Shown in pieces: positions 37,487-50,854 of a stretch of 64,000 nucleotides of DNA. This DNA comes from Octopus vulgaris (taxonomy: Eukaryota). The stretch spans positions 135,470,001-135,534,000 of the forward strand of contig OX597816.1 in the NCBI GenBank assembly GCA_951406725.2, read 5' to 3'. Below the pieces are notes generated by a model, which was not told the origin of the DNA, searched no databases, and worked only from the letters and a program-made list of their open reading frames with translations. The stretch's first letter is position 1, and the number at the start of each line of letters is the position of its first letter. The position numbers were made by a program, and so were the translations under genes.

Positions 37487-38355
37487 CAATAAGAAAATGG
37501 AGGGGATCTATAGGTGGTTCATCAACTTTTAGACATTATATTATGTCAACTTATTTATTCATTTACTAAACTGACAACTACAAGAATATACATACATGTA
37601 TAACATATTATGCTTTACATATAAGATATAAAATATATTAATATATAAAGCATCCAACAAATTCTATGAATAGATTCATTCACTCTAAAGATTAATTCCT
37701 TAATATATGTATCTTTAGGTGGGATAGGTATATCCCTCAGTGATGAGTCCATCTTTATCAACTCCATTTTTCCAGCAGTATTCATTTTGAGGGTCCACTA
37801 TACCATACTCAAATGCACTCACTCTCATAAGCAATGTTATAAATAATGCAGAGATAGTTTATACACTTACAAGTATTAGTAATAGATAGTCCTCATTTAA
37901 TTATTATTTTAACTCCAATAAAGTTAGAGGTTGTGAATCCAACCAACTAAGGGATAATACCTATCCTATATACTGCTGGTAGAACTTTGTCAAGGCGTAA
38001 TTAGTGAAGGGGAGAGTCAAATGCCTTCTTAAATTATAGTCATACAGACAGTATACTTCGATGATGTTGTTTTGCTTCCTTAAGGGCAGTTTTATTAATA
38101 AAGAGTTATTTAGCACTGACACCGGACTTCTTTTTATTCCTTCCTACTTGTTCATCTGTCACTACATTATTTCACAGTAACCCTGAAAGTATACAATGCA
38201 GAACATTTAAGCATGCTATGGGCCTGAAGTTTTCCACCACTTATATTTCCTGGGTTTTAGCTATGAGTGTTGTACGTGCAACTGGAAGCCAAGTTAACAT
38301 TTCATGTATGTATAGATGGTGGGGGGTGCAGAAGTCTTTCCAACGTAACTATACG

Positions 38356-38970
38356 GACGCTAGTCGGAAAGACTTCAGCCTGTCCCCATCATTTGTTTAT
38401 TTTTCTAATATTTTTGCTAAAAATCCCCGTTTTCGGATACAGAGGTTCTGGAAAATTGCTAAAAATCTGCATAGTGAAATTTCACCTCCCTCCTTTCCCC
38501 CAACTTCTTCAATTTTACCTTTTTTCCCCAAAACTAACCCTAACCCTAAAACCCTAACCCTAACCCTTAAACTCTAACCCTAACCCTTAAACCCTAACCT
38601 TAACCCTAAAACCGTAACCGTAAGTACAAAAATGTTTTAAAATTTTTTTGCGACTCCCTATTTTTCCGCATATTTAGAAAAAGAGAAATTCCTAAAAAAA
38701 AATTTTACAAAGATTTTTGGAAATTTTTTTCAGAATCACAATGTCCGTATTTTCCTGCATATTTTGGAGAAAAATAATTGTGAAAAAAGTCAGAAATGAA
38801 GGAAATGGGGGTGGGGTGGTAATTTAGAAACGTCGATTTTTGCCAATTTTTATGCAGATTCGTATTCCCCGTAGCCGAAAAAGTGGGGTTTGTGTCTGTG
38901 TCGAAAAAAAAAAAATTTAAGGGTTGTTTTTTTGTGGTGGGAGGACGGGCAGAAGTCTTGCCATTACGTC
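38356..38970. mobile_element. Non-autonomous TIR element containing telomere-like (CCCTAA)n
   Basis: Imperfect inverted ends aagacttcagcctgtcc / ggacgggcagaagtctt; degenerate CCCTAA tract at 38534-38622. Confidence 0.55.
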
Positions 38971-40079
38971 TACCATATACCACTCACAAGGAGATATTAT
39001 TCGTCTAAGATGTTGCAAAGTGGTATAGAAATGTAGAATCATATGAACTTCAAAAAATATGGACATGATTTGCGGGATATTTGGTTGCTATTTCTACTAT
39101 GACCATTAACCGCACTGGAACGCGTATTCATATTTATGTGTATGACAAGTTCGTATAGTTGTTTGCAGTCGAAGGGAGAGAACTTTGTCTTAATTACGTT
39201 ATTCGCGAAAATAATAATTATGTCCCTTTAAAAGGTTTTATTTTATTTCTTTATTTTTTTTGTCTTTTCAGTTGCATGATTCGAACCTAGGGAAGAATCG
39301 TAACTGCGAATTATTTCTGAATATATTTTTAGTATCTTGATAAGGCACTAAATAATCTTTCGTCAACTCTTCTCTGGGGCTCAACATTCTGAGAGTTGAT
39401 AACTGCACACGTATTTCACTTCCACGAGCGCCTTCCATTGAGAGTACATATTACTTTTCTCTTCATCACTGCATGATTCCACTTATATAACTATTCATAA
39501 CTGAATTTATGTTAGTATTCTAGTTATTAATACCCGGCCGTCAACCTTGTAAATGAGCTGTACACTCACAGTTTTGCTTAAATACCGATATTTAAAGAAA
39601 CTGCTAATGTATTTCGGTATGTTAGAAGGGAGGTAAGCGCGTCTTGATTCGTTATAACCACGATGATAATAGTCGGTTCGATCTTCTTACAAGATACCGA
39701 AAACTTTGTTGTTTCACCCATGGGCCTAATTTTATAGCGGGAGTAAATAGTGTATCTATTAAACATGAATATGATTCTGCATACACATCTATTACTAACT
39801 TTAATTTGTTTGAGTATCTTAATATCATCATCATCATCACTTATCGTCCACTTTTCCATGCTTGCATGGATCAGATAGACTTTATTTGAAGCAAATGTTC
39901 GGCCGAACACGCTTCCTGTTGCCATCCCTCACCTGTATCCGAACAAGGTAATATTACTCAGTGACCAGACCAGTTCTAACCGAATATTAGAAATGAATAA
40001 CAGATTTTGTACAGTAACACACACACACACACATTAATTTATAATTAGAAGACAAAGACGAAAAAAATGTTTACTGGCA

Positions 40080-40455
40080 CAGGCATGGCTGTACAGTAAG
40101 AAGTTTGTTTCCCAACCACATGTTTCAGGTTCAGTCCTACTGCATGGCACCATGGGCAAGTGTCTTCTATTGCCTCAGACCAATTAAAGCCTTGTAAGTA
40201 GATTTGGTAGACGGAAACTGAAAGAAACCCATCACATATATATCTATATGTTTGTATCTTTGAGTCTGTTTGTCTCCCACCACTGCTTGACAACAGTGTT
40301 GGTGTGTTTACGTCCTCCTAACTTAGTGGTTCAGCATGTGGCAAAAGAGACAATGGAATAAGTATAAGGCTTAAAAATAAAAAGTACTGGGATTGTTCAT
40401 TTAATTAAAAATCCTATAAAATGGCCACAGTCTAATGACTGAAACAAGTAAAAAA
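40080..40455 (+). mobile_element. tRNA-derived (CORE-like) SINE, full length
   Basis: Same head and gactgaaacaagtaaaa end as the copies at 26275 and 60810. Confidence 0.7.
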
Positions 40456-40789
40456 ATTCATTGACAGACTTCAATAAACACAATTAAATGCAATATATCT
40501 ACAAGATGTCGAAAATACTGTATTCACTACACATGTGGTAAATAATGCTTACTACACCAAACGACATCAATGTAAATCCATGGAAGTAATTTTATTTAAT
40601 CATAAATCTCTCACTGTTTTGTCTATCAGTTCTGTTTCTTCTCTTTCTCTCTTACTTTCAGTGCAATACTACAATTAAGTAGTAGACTGAAGCGGTTGCA
40701 TTCATATAATACTCAACTACAAGGTCATAGGATTGATTGGGAAACTTTTACTGGTGACAAAGTGCAAATGATTTCCTTGACTTTGTCCT

Positions 40790-42345
40790 GGATTCAAACT
40801 AGGTCCAAGTATTCCCCTCCTTCACAATAGGTAACACTTTGGATCTGCTATTCACCATTGTTCCTTAAACTGCTATCAGCATTACTATCAGGGAATCTTT
40901 TGGTGACTGATTACACTATGATCAGCACTGTCCATAATAGGTAGAAAGGAAACCATCACCACCACCACCACCTCCAAACTGCCTGCTTTGGCTGAAACAA
41001 AGCTGACTAGAACTCTTATTGTAGTGAATTACAAACATACAAACAGACTTGGATTTTCTGATTGCAAAGATGTCAATACACCCTTACATCAGCACATCTT
41101 TAATTACTTTAGGCCATCTACAAAGTATCAGTAGCCGATAAACTCATTGGAAACCCCAATAGTGCTATATAAGGGACTGAAACAGTCTGCCTTACCAAGA
41201 AAGAATGATAAGATGCTGTATGTGATTTCAGATTATGCCAAACAAAGTATAATAGAAGGTGCAACAGTGCATCCAACCATATCAAGCAGAAGACTAAAAA
41301 AGACACTACTTAAATTTGAGCCATGCATTGCAACAAACCCAGAGAATGTGTTCTAGAAATATGTGCATTCAAAACAGAGGCTTCATTCTATAGGTGACTC
41401 ACTGTGCAATCCTTCCATGCATTAGATTACTGATGATCTTAAAGAGTGCACAAAATTTGTTGCCAAATGCTATGCTAGACACACCATCTTCACTGCTAAT
41501 GACATCAACTTCCATAACATCTGTTGAATTTACTCCTGCATTGCTGTAATGTTATCTCAAACATATAAGCAACTATGTCTCCCCTGAAGAATGTTACAGA
41601 AATGACATTAAGCTATATTTTCAGATGATAAAAACAGATCCTGAGATCTTTCCTGAAGTTTGACCTGGACACAATGTAACAAAGGATTACTGACTGGTAA
41701 CACAGGCTGGCTGTAACCAAGTGCACCACAATTCATTATGGGAGGAAAAACTCAGAATTTACCTACTTCCCACACAACACCAATATCAAGAAGTCTGTTA
41801 GTAAACGTGACTTAGGCATTATTGTCAACAATGACCTGTTTTGAATGAATCAAATTTCTGAATTTGTCAAAAACCTTTGTCAGCCACTCACCAGCTGTCT
41901 ATTTAAAGCTATGTATAACTATAGTACGTCCACAATTACAGTTTACATCTTCTGTTTCGAACCTTCATCTTGTCAAGTGTATCGATTAACTGGAAGCTGT
42001 TCAGAGATGTGCAATTAGATGAAGACACACTGTCAATCACTTATCATATCTTAAACATATTGCTTCTCTCAGTTTTGATACACTAAATTTCAACATCTAG
42101 GTGATTTGGTTGAATCCCATAAGATTATTTCCCATCTTTTCAACAACTTTGTCCACCCTTTTTTGAATTCAATACCTCTACCATTCATGGACATGCTTAT
42201 AAAATCCAAATTTCAACATCTTGGTGATTTGGTTGAATCCCATAAGATTATTTCCCATCTTTTCAACAACTTTGTCCACCCTTTTTTGAATTCAATACCT
42301 CTACCATTCATGGACATGCTTATAAAATCCAAAAAATATTCCTAG
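40790..42345 (+). mobile_element. Old degenerate CR1 copy related to 33340-36090
   Basis: Colinear homology, e.g. gaaatatgtgcattcaaaacagagg and gcaactatgtctcccctg. Confidence 0.75.
42085..42330 (+). repeat. 123-bp tandem duplication
   Basis: 42085-42207 and 42208-42330 are near-identical (ctagg vs cttgg). Confidence 0.95.
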
Positions 42346-42901
42346 TATGGATCTCCCAAGGTCCTTTATGTACCAGCTAATTGATGCCATTTTCTCTTAG
42401 AGGAATCTGTGTCTCACATGTGTAAGAGAGCACAGGTAGAATGGTACTAAGTGACAGAAATGACTAACATATCTTATCTCGTCTTTACCTACTTATTCCT
42501 GGGAGGGTTCATGGGGACACAATACTCAAGCACGCCTTCTGTCAGATGCAACCATCACAAATCGATCCCGAAATGAGGCCAACCAAGTTCATGGATGTTA
42601 TCCAACCCACTTGCCTGTGATCAACACCAGCATCTCTTGCCGATTAGTTTTGCCTGTGAAGCCTATCCAGAAATTCTTTCCTAAGACATTCTTACCACAT
42701 GTCTGTAACATCAGAACTGTAATCTCTCAATTCAGAGAAGTAGCAGCTCTACCTGGAGTGCCTCTCTCATCTCCAAGTTAAGCACTCTTTTAAGTAACCC
42801 TACTCCAAAGACTCTTCATTTTGTGTGGGAAATATTTCTTTAAAGGAAAAGTCAGAAATTTAAAATGCTTTTTTCTATTCTTTTATGATAATCATGCTAA
42901 A

Positions 42902-43782
42902 TACGAGGTCTAATCAATAAGTATCCAGACTGTTGCCTTAGTAACGAAACTAAAGTATGCAGAGTGAAGCCACTTGACACATTGACCTTGACCTCTGCTG
43001 TGCATGTGCACTATGTTTTAACATTGTAACTCACTTCCACTATTTACAGCAGTGCTTGAAAGTAATGTGAGTAATGTGTGATCATCACACTGACCATGAC
43101 AAAGAAAGTTGTCATGGTGGTACCTGTTCAGAGGCCTATACAAAGTTGCAGAAAGTGTATGGAGAGGTGTGTATAAGCTGCACACAAGTGTACGAGTAGT
43201 TCAGACGTTTCCAAGATGGTCAAAAAAATGGTGATAGGGACAAACGTTCTGGGAGACTTGCAACCAATAGAATAGAGAAAAACATTGCAGATGTGCATGC
43301 AGCTGTGAGGGGAAATCATTGAATCGCCATTTGTGTGTTATCAGAGGATGTAAAGATTAGTTACAGTTCAGTTCAGTCCATTAACACTGAAGATATGGGT
43401 ATGAGATGTGTGTCTGCCAAGTTTGTGCCAAAACTGCTTTCAGCTGACCAAAAAGACACCCGAGTTTCATTTGCTCAAGATCTCCTTGATTGTGTCGAGA
43501 AGGATGAAAACTTTTCATAGGCCTCTGAGCAGGTATTGCCAAGCTTTTGGCAAAATTTGATTCAGATTCTCTGCTCAGCTTTCTCTGTCATGGTCAAAGT
43601 GACAAACACATACTACACACGTTACTTCCAAGCACTGCTGTAAACAGCGGAAGTGAACTAAAGTGTTAAAACTGAGAGCACATGCACAGAAGAGTCCAAG
43701 GTCAATCTGTGCCGAACAGCTTTACTCTGTGTGCTTTAACTTCATTACTATGGCAACAGTCCGGATATTTATTGATCAGACC
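42902..43782 (+). mobile_element. Internally deleted mariner with long (~200-bp) TIRs
   Basis: tacgaggtctaatcaataagtatcc...ggatatttattgatcagacc; interior fragment CVSAKFVPKLLSADQK. Confidence 0.8.
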
Positions 43783-43785
43783 ATC

Positions 43786-44320
43786 ATCATCTGGAAAAGA
43801 TTTTCTAACTAGAAAGAGTATGGCCTGGTCAGCCTGTAATGACATGCATAAGATCTGGTCATCAAATCTAAGTAAACTTGAGATCTTCAAAGCCACAGTC
43901 GAACCAATTCTACTATATGGCTCAGAAACCTGGACATTATCAAAGAAGCTTGAGAGGCAGTTGGATGGAACCTACACTCACCTCCTTATGAGAGCTCAAA
44001 ATCTCTCGTGGAAGCGTCATCCAACTAAAATGCAAATATATGGGAAACTACCACCTGTGTCATCTCTGGTGGAAGGTAGGAGAGTCCATTTTGCTGGACA
44101 TTGTTGTAGAGCTGAAAACGAGGCAATTTCTACTCTTCTCCTCTGGAAGCCATCTACTCACAATACCAGAGGGCGCACACTCTCCTACCTTGATGTAATC
44201 TCCAGGGATACAGGCATCCAGCAACAGAACCTTCGTAATGCTATGATGGACCATGAAGTCTGGCGTAGCATGGTAAATTCCATTGTTTCAATCACGGTCG
44301 AACAATGATGATGATGATGA
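43786..44320 (+). mobile_element. RTE-like LINE 3' fragment (a different family)
   Basis: FKATVEPILLYGSETWTLSKKLERQLDGTYTHLL and a (gat)n tail. Confidence 0.8.
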
Positions 44321-45149
44321 CTTCTGTAATGCCTCAAGAATATTCTTTTTTATGAGAGAGGATTATGTGGACATCAATAAAGAAGTAAGAATTATTTCAA
44401 AGCCTTAAAAATTTGGTTACGACAATGTACAATGTAGTACTGGTGGTGATGAAGGTAGCAGCAGCAGCAGAGGTGGAAATAGTAGTAGTAATAGTAGTTG
44501 TCGTATTTGTTTTTCTATCAGTATATATCTACCATCAGGTTATCTAATGATCCCTCCCATTTTTTTAGACTGTAGGGTATGACTTGAGGGAGTTTTAATT
44601 GGCTGTTAATACTAACAGACCAGGCAGCCATGTTAAGGCTGACTTCATTGTATATGGCTTGATATTACGGCATATTATGGTATTCTACACTTAAAGCCTT
44701 ATCATTGAATGAAATGTACTATCAGAGTCTATATGAAATCAAACCTATATATTTTTTTATAAATTTCTCCTTTCCCTTCTGTCTATATGCTTATCTCTCT
44801 CTGTCAAATATCTCAAAAATCTATGGTTATTTGCCAACTGCTTTTTTCTGTGTATTGATTTATTTCATAGAATACATATTCAGGTTGTAACAGAATATGT
44901 AAATTGATAAAATCATTGCCACAGCTTTTGACTAACGAACTAAATGAAACAATCTAGTTTAAGTCTATTATGTCTTGCTACATTCTGAGTTCAAATTCCA
45001 CAAAGGTCAACTTTGTCTTTCATCCTTTCAGGGTCGATAAAATAAGTACCAGTTGAACACTGGGGTTGATGTAATCAACTCATCCCCACCTCCACCAAGC
45101 TGCCCTTGTGGCAAAAAATTGAAGTAATTATTATTATTATTATTATTTT

Positions 45150-46605
45150 CTCTTTATCACAGGTTTTGTTGGAGCTCTTGCAGATGCAGCAGAGTGGAAA
45201 CACTTGCTCATCCTAAGGTTGACCCTCCAGTTTGCGGCCAAAGCTTGGTCCTGCCAGTATAGTGCTCTCAGTCTCCTTTTTTAGGGTTTCTTTCATCAGC
45301 CAATCCCACTTATTTTTCCAGCAACTTCTGTTGTGGCTACATGGAAATGATTGTGTAGTTGCTTGTTGTGTAATTCTTCTTCATGTCCTTTTTGTACTTC
45401 TTCCTTTGTTTTCCCCTTTTTTCTTGCTCTTAATACTCCCTCATTCCTAACGGTCAGTAGCAAGATTTCCTTACTTTGGGCTAGGTATCTCATTAAGCTC
45501 TTGAGTTCAATACGCATGCAGTCTTCCATACCTATCAGTCCCCTTTCTCCATTTACTCTCTTCATGTATAGGCAATCAGTGTCTGCACATGGATGATGGA
45601 CTCCGTGCATCATTAGGAGCTTTCTTGACTTCCTATCCATCTCCTTTAGCTCCTCCTCTGTCCACTTCAGGATTCCAGTGCCATACCAAATTACTGAAAC
45701 TGCACGTGAGTCAATTGCCAAAATTATGTTTCTGGCATTCAGCTTTGAAGTCAATATTTTTCTCGCTCACCACAGGTACTCTCTTTTTGTCTTTTCCCTC
45801 ATGCCGTGGTGCTTGATTCTATCTGCCTCAAGTATTCTCACATATTTATAACTGGATTGAGGTTGAATTGCCTTCATCATTTCACCACTTGGCAGCTATA
45901 TACCTTCTGTCCTGGCAAGCTTTCCTCATCTCATCACCATAGTAGCAGATTTTGAGAGTTCAAACTTAATATCATTGGAGAAAATCTGCACAGACTGGAC
46001 TAGGCTGTCCAGTTCTGCCTCAGTTTTTGTGAATAGTTTCAGGTTGTCCATGAATAGCAAGTGGTTTAGTTTTCCTTTACCCCTACATTGTTTTCTGTAG
46101 TATTTCACTCAAGGGGATCATTCCCAGCATGAATATCAGTGGAGACACACTGTCGCCTTGGAACATTCCTCTCCTGATTTTCACCTCTCCTAGTACTTGC
46201 TTCCCTGCTGTCAATTCCGTTCTCCAGCATTTCATGCTATCCCATATAAGGCTTCTCATAGTCTCTGCTACTTCATACATTTCCATTGTTCTTATTATCC
46301 AGGAGTGTGGCATCATATCGTATGCTTTGCAATAGTCAACCCATGCCATGCTTAGGTTTGTATATCTTCTTTTGGAGTTCCTGATAATTAGATTATCAAT
46401 TAAGAGCTCCTTTTTCGGCACCCCTTCTGATCAACAGGTAGCAGCCCACTTTTTACCAAGTATCTATACAGTTCACTGGGCAAAGCACCTGACATTAGTT
46501 TCCACATTAGCGGAAGGCATGTTATTGGTCTAATGTTTGATGCAACATTTCCTTTTTCAGGATCCTTGGCACATAACAATGTCTTTCCCTTTGTCATCCA
46601 GTTGG
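45150..46605 (-). mobile_element. R4/Dong-like (RLE) LINE fragment
   Basis: RPITCLPLMWK, WVDYCKAYD, RGMFQGDSVSP, HLLFMDNLKL and LYMKRVNGERGL; flanked by (TTA)n. Confidence 0.8.
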
Positions 46606-46624
46606 GTATTATTATTATTATTAT

Positions 46625-48427
46625 TCAGTAGTTTTATTTTCATAACGTGCTTGCCTTCACTTCACTACTGAGTGCAGCTCTGGTGCACCTTGGGTATGTG
46701 CTGTGGTTTGCTGTGATGCTCTTATGGTTACTGTATTGAAAGTGTTTTGTGTAGGATGTGTGCAGTGCCCAGTAGTGCAATTTTCTGTAGCATATATTTG
46801 TAAGTCTTGGTGTTTTTGATATGTATTTGTCTGAATATTTGTTATCATACCTAATGCGCCTACTATTGTAGGAATTGTTTCTGTTTTTAGATTCCACATT
46901 CGAGTTACCTCTATCTCCAGGTCTTTGTATTTTGAAAGTTTCTCCCTTTCTTTTAGAGAAATGTTGTCATCTGCCGGTATTGATACATCAATTAGAAAGC
47001 ATTTTTTTCTTCATGATCTCTGACAACTATATCTGGCCTATTGGCCTTAATTTCTCTATTTGTGTGTATTGGTATATCCCATAGTATGGTTGCTTTCTCG
47101 TTTTCTGTGACCTTTTCTGTCATGTGCTTATACCATCTTTTTTCTGTTGTTATTCCATAGTGTTGGCATAGCTTCCTTCTTAGCCAGGACTGGGCAGCCA
47201 GAGATAATGTGATTTATTGTTTCTTGTCCATCTCCACATATTCTGCAGTTACTTGTTTTGTTTCTTTTCATTATATGTTTTTGGTAATTTCTGGTGGGGA
47301 GACTTTGGTCTTGTGCTACAATTAAAAATCCTTCAGTCTCTGCTTTGAGTCCTGAGCTTCTCAACCATTGCTGGGATTTTTCTCTGTCTATTTCTTTTGT
47401 GTTTAGTTTAGCCCAGTACTTGCCATGAAGGGGCTTTTCTTGCCATCATTTTATCAAGGTCTGTTGCTGTTCTAGTTTTAGTTTGGATTTCATTTGTTTT
47501 ATAGCTTTTGTTGTTTCTTCTTCTTCTTCATATTTGTTAGGTAGTATGACTTCTTGTTTGTATTTGTCAGTTTCCTTAAATACTGAAAAGAGTTTTTTGT
47601 TTTGCTCATGTTTTGCTGCTATTTGTATTAGTTTTCCTAGCTTCTGAAGTAGATATTTTTGCAGTCTTATGGTGGTTATTTTATAATAGTTTTTCAGCTG
47701 TATAAGGCCTCTACCACCTTCTATACATTGTATATATAGCCTTTCTACGTTAGATTTTGGGTGGCGCATCCTAGATCTTGTCATTATTTTTCTTGTTCTC
47801 CTGTCTATTTTGGTTAATTCATTTAGTGTCCAGTTGTAACTTATAACTGGGACGGCTAAAGTGTTAATAGCTATTATCTTGTTTTTAGCATTGAGCTCTT
47901 TTTTCAGTATTGATCTAACTCATCTATAGTATTCTTTTTTTATTTTCTCTTTCATTCATGTGTGTTGTATCGTATCTAGTTCATTGATTACTAAATATTT
48001 GTATGTCTGACTTTGGTCTAATTCTCTTATTTCATTGGCTTTGTCTAGTGTGATGTTGCTACTCTTAACTAGTTTTCCACTTTTCAAGGTTGCTTTGGCA
48101 CATTTTTCTAAGCCAAATTTCATATCTATTTCTTTGGTAAATCTATGAACTGTCTGTAGTAGTGTTTACAGCTGTTTATCATTTGTAGCGTATAGTTTTA
48201 GGTCATCCATATATAAGAGGTAACTGATTGTTTTGCCGTAACATTTGTATCCGCATCGAACTCTGTTTAGCATGTCAGATAAAGGTGTCAGTGCCAAGCA
48301 GAAAAGGAGTGGAGAGAGCGTGTCTCCCTGGAATATTCCTCTTCTAATGGGGGTGGCTTTGGTTTTTATGAGTTTCTCTTTTGTTTGAAGCTGTAGCACT
48401 GTCAGCCATTTTTTTCATAGTGTCTTA

Positions 48428-48428
<1 letters not shown>
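46625..48428 (-). mobile_element. R4/Dong-like (RLE) LINE, 5'-truncated
   Basis: RRGIFQGDTLSP, YMDDLKLY, AQDQSLPTRNY, CRICGDGQETINHIISGC and IVGALG; flanked by (TTA)n. Confidence 0.85.
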
Positions 48429-48491
<63 letters not shown>

Positions 48492-48497
48492 TATTAT

Positions 48498-50345
48498 TGC
48501 ATGGGTCCTGATCCATTTGGATCAATTGAAAGCTTTTGATATCTATACTCAGAGGCTGTCCTCAAGGCAGTTTTGGTCCCTTTTTCAGAGGCTGAATCCC
48601 TGCAATGTACAGCAACATCTGTTCGGTATTCAATGTAAATGGCCACCTCTCAAAATCATTTAGTATTGCATGTTCAGTTTGTCAAGGATGCCCGCTCTCA
48701 TTCCTTATCTACATACTGGCACTTGAGCCATTACTGCAGAAGCTGGAGGTTTTGAGGGGTATCCTGCATGAACTGGGGTACAGAAGGTTTGTGTTGGCAT
48801 ATGCGGACAATGTCACTGTGATGGTATCAGGCATCTCAGAAACTGAGATGGTCAGCACTACTCAAAGGGAATACAAAGTGGTGACAAGAGCAATGGTCAA
48901 CCAGGAGAAGTCAGTGAGCCTGCAGCTCAGAACCTGGAGAGGCAGGCCCATGTCAACCAACAGCATGGTGGGGTGCTGGAAGGAAGGACCTGTTAAGTTG
49001 CTTGGGGTCTGGTTCGGTCTGGATCTCCAAGTGGACAAGAACTGGGGCAAGGTGGCCAGTCTCACCTAGAAATGGGCCGAGAGGAAGCTGTCCCTGAAAG
49101 ATCGACCAGAGGTGGCAAATGCATACATTACATCCTTCATATACTACCACCTGACTCATCTCTTGTTCTGCTTTGTGGCTGAACAGGCTGGTGTGTTTGC
49201 TCTTCCACTTCCTGTGGAGGGGACAGGTACCATTTGTAATATGGTCCATTTGCTGTCAACACCTGTTGCATGGCAGACTGGACATGCCGTGGCTGAGGAT
49301 GTGCAGACATGTGCTGAGGCTGCAACATCTCCAGTGATACCTTAATGGTGAGCAGGTGTGGTCGCTATTTGTTGAATGCCCTTTTCTGCAGCTCGTCTCC
49401 TTGATGGAGCTACAGTCCTAGATCAGGTGTAGACCAAGGCAGGGTGCTTGGCACCTAGAGTGTCTCCAAGTGCTCACAGCCCTTGGCCAGTTGGGCAATG
49501 CAGTCAGTGGAGAAGTCTTGGGCATCGAGGGGGATCAACTGGCTGGTCTCTTCCAGAGGACCTTCGGGCTGGAAACTATGGATAACTTCCAGAAATCCCT
49601 GGCCTGGCAGCGCTACCAGGGGGCTCTTCCGGTTTGAGATAATCTCTACAGGCATGGATGTGCAGTCAGTCAGGCTTGTCTGAGATGCACACAGAGTGAG
49701 TGATGAAACTGTTCTGCATGCTCTTGTAAAGTGTCCATGCATTGCTGACTTATGAAGCTTTGTCAGAGAGTAATTATCACATGTAGGACAGATCTGGTTG
49801 TCATCCGAGTCCATTGTGAAGATCACCCTGCCTCCTTCCTTTGGTCGCGAAGGGAGGGAAAATTTTCTTTTTCTGGTTGCTATGACAAAAGAGGTTGTGT
49901 GGTGGGCATGATTGAAAGGGGTTGAAGACGAGTACCTGCCTCTTTGGCCAAGGCCTCATTGACTTTTTCAGGTTCCACCTGAAAAGGAAAGTGAGGCTGT
50001 AGAGAGAGGCACTGTTACTCAGTAAGTTCGTTGAAAGGTGGGTGAATGTGGCAAGAATGGCCCACGTGAATGGGCCTACTCTAAGTGTGCACCTGTAGGC
50101 CGGATGGAAGGGAGAAGAGAGGGTGCCTTCTTGAGGAGCTGTTGGAGTTAAGGGATCCAAAGAGTATGAGGTCTCTTTGATCACCTTATGGTGGAACTCC
50201 CCACCAACTGAGGATGCATATTGTTGATTTAATCTCTTTGTTAATTGTGTTTGTTTGCTATTTACACATTTAATATCACTGTCCCTCGTCTGTGTATTGT
50301 CCTCTATGTTTTGTGTTTGGCCCTGGTGGCAATACAAGAAGTATT
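48498..50345 (+). mobile_element. Degenerate Tx1/L1-clade LINE 3' fragment
   Basis: QGCPLS, AYADNV and GPVKLLGVWFG; related to the 29555-33340 element. Confidence 0.8.
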
Positions 50346-50347
50346 AA

Positions 50348-50386
<39 letters not shown>

Positions 50387-50389
<3 letters not shown>

Positions 50390-50850
50390 GGCAGCGAACT
50401 GGCAGAATCATTACCATGCCAGGCAAAATGCCTAGTGGTATTTCGTCTACCACTATGTTCTGAGTTCAAATTCCACCAAGGTTGACTTTGCCTTTCATCC
50501 TTTCAGGGTCAATAAATTAAGCACCAGTGAAACATTGGGGTCAATGTAATCAACTAGTCTCCTCCCACCAAATTTTAGGTATTGTGCCTATAGTAGAAAG
50601 GATCATTATTATTATTAAGGCAGCAAGCTAGCAGAATTTTTAGCACGCCAGGCGAAATGCTTAGCGGTACTTTATCTGCCGCTATGGTCTGAGTTCAAAT
50701 TCTACCAAGGTCCACTTTGCCTTTCATCCTGTCATGGTCGATAAATTAAGTACCAGTGAAACACTAGGGTCGATGTAATCAACTAGTCCCCTCCCCACAA
50801 ATTTCAGGCCTTGTACTTATAGTAGAAAGAATTATTATTATTATTATCAT
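50387..50850 (+). mobile_element. Two head-to-tail tRNA-derived SINEs with (ATT)n tails
   Basis: aaggcagcga.ctggcagaatc head, GAGTTCAAATTC B-box and cctttcatcc...gataaattaagtaccag body. Confidence 0.8.
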
Positions 50851-50854
50851 TATT

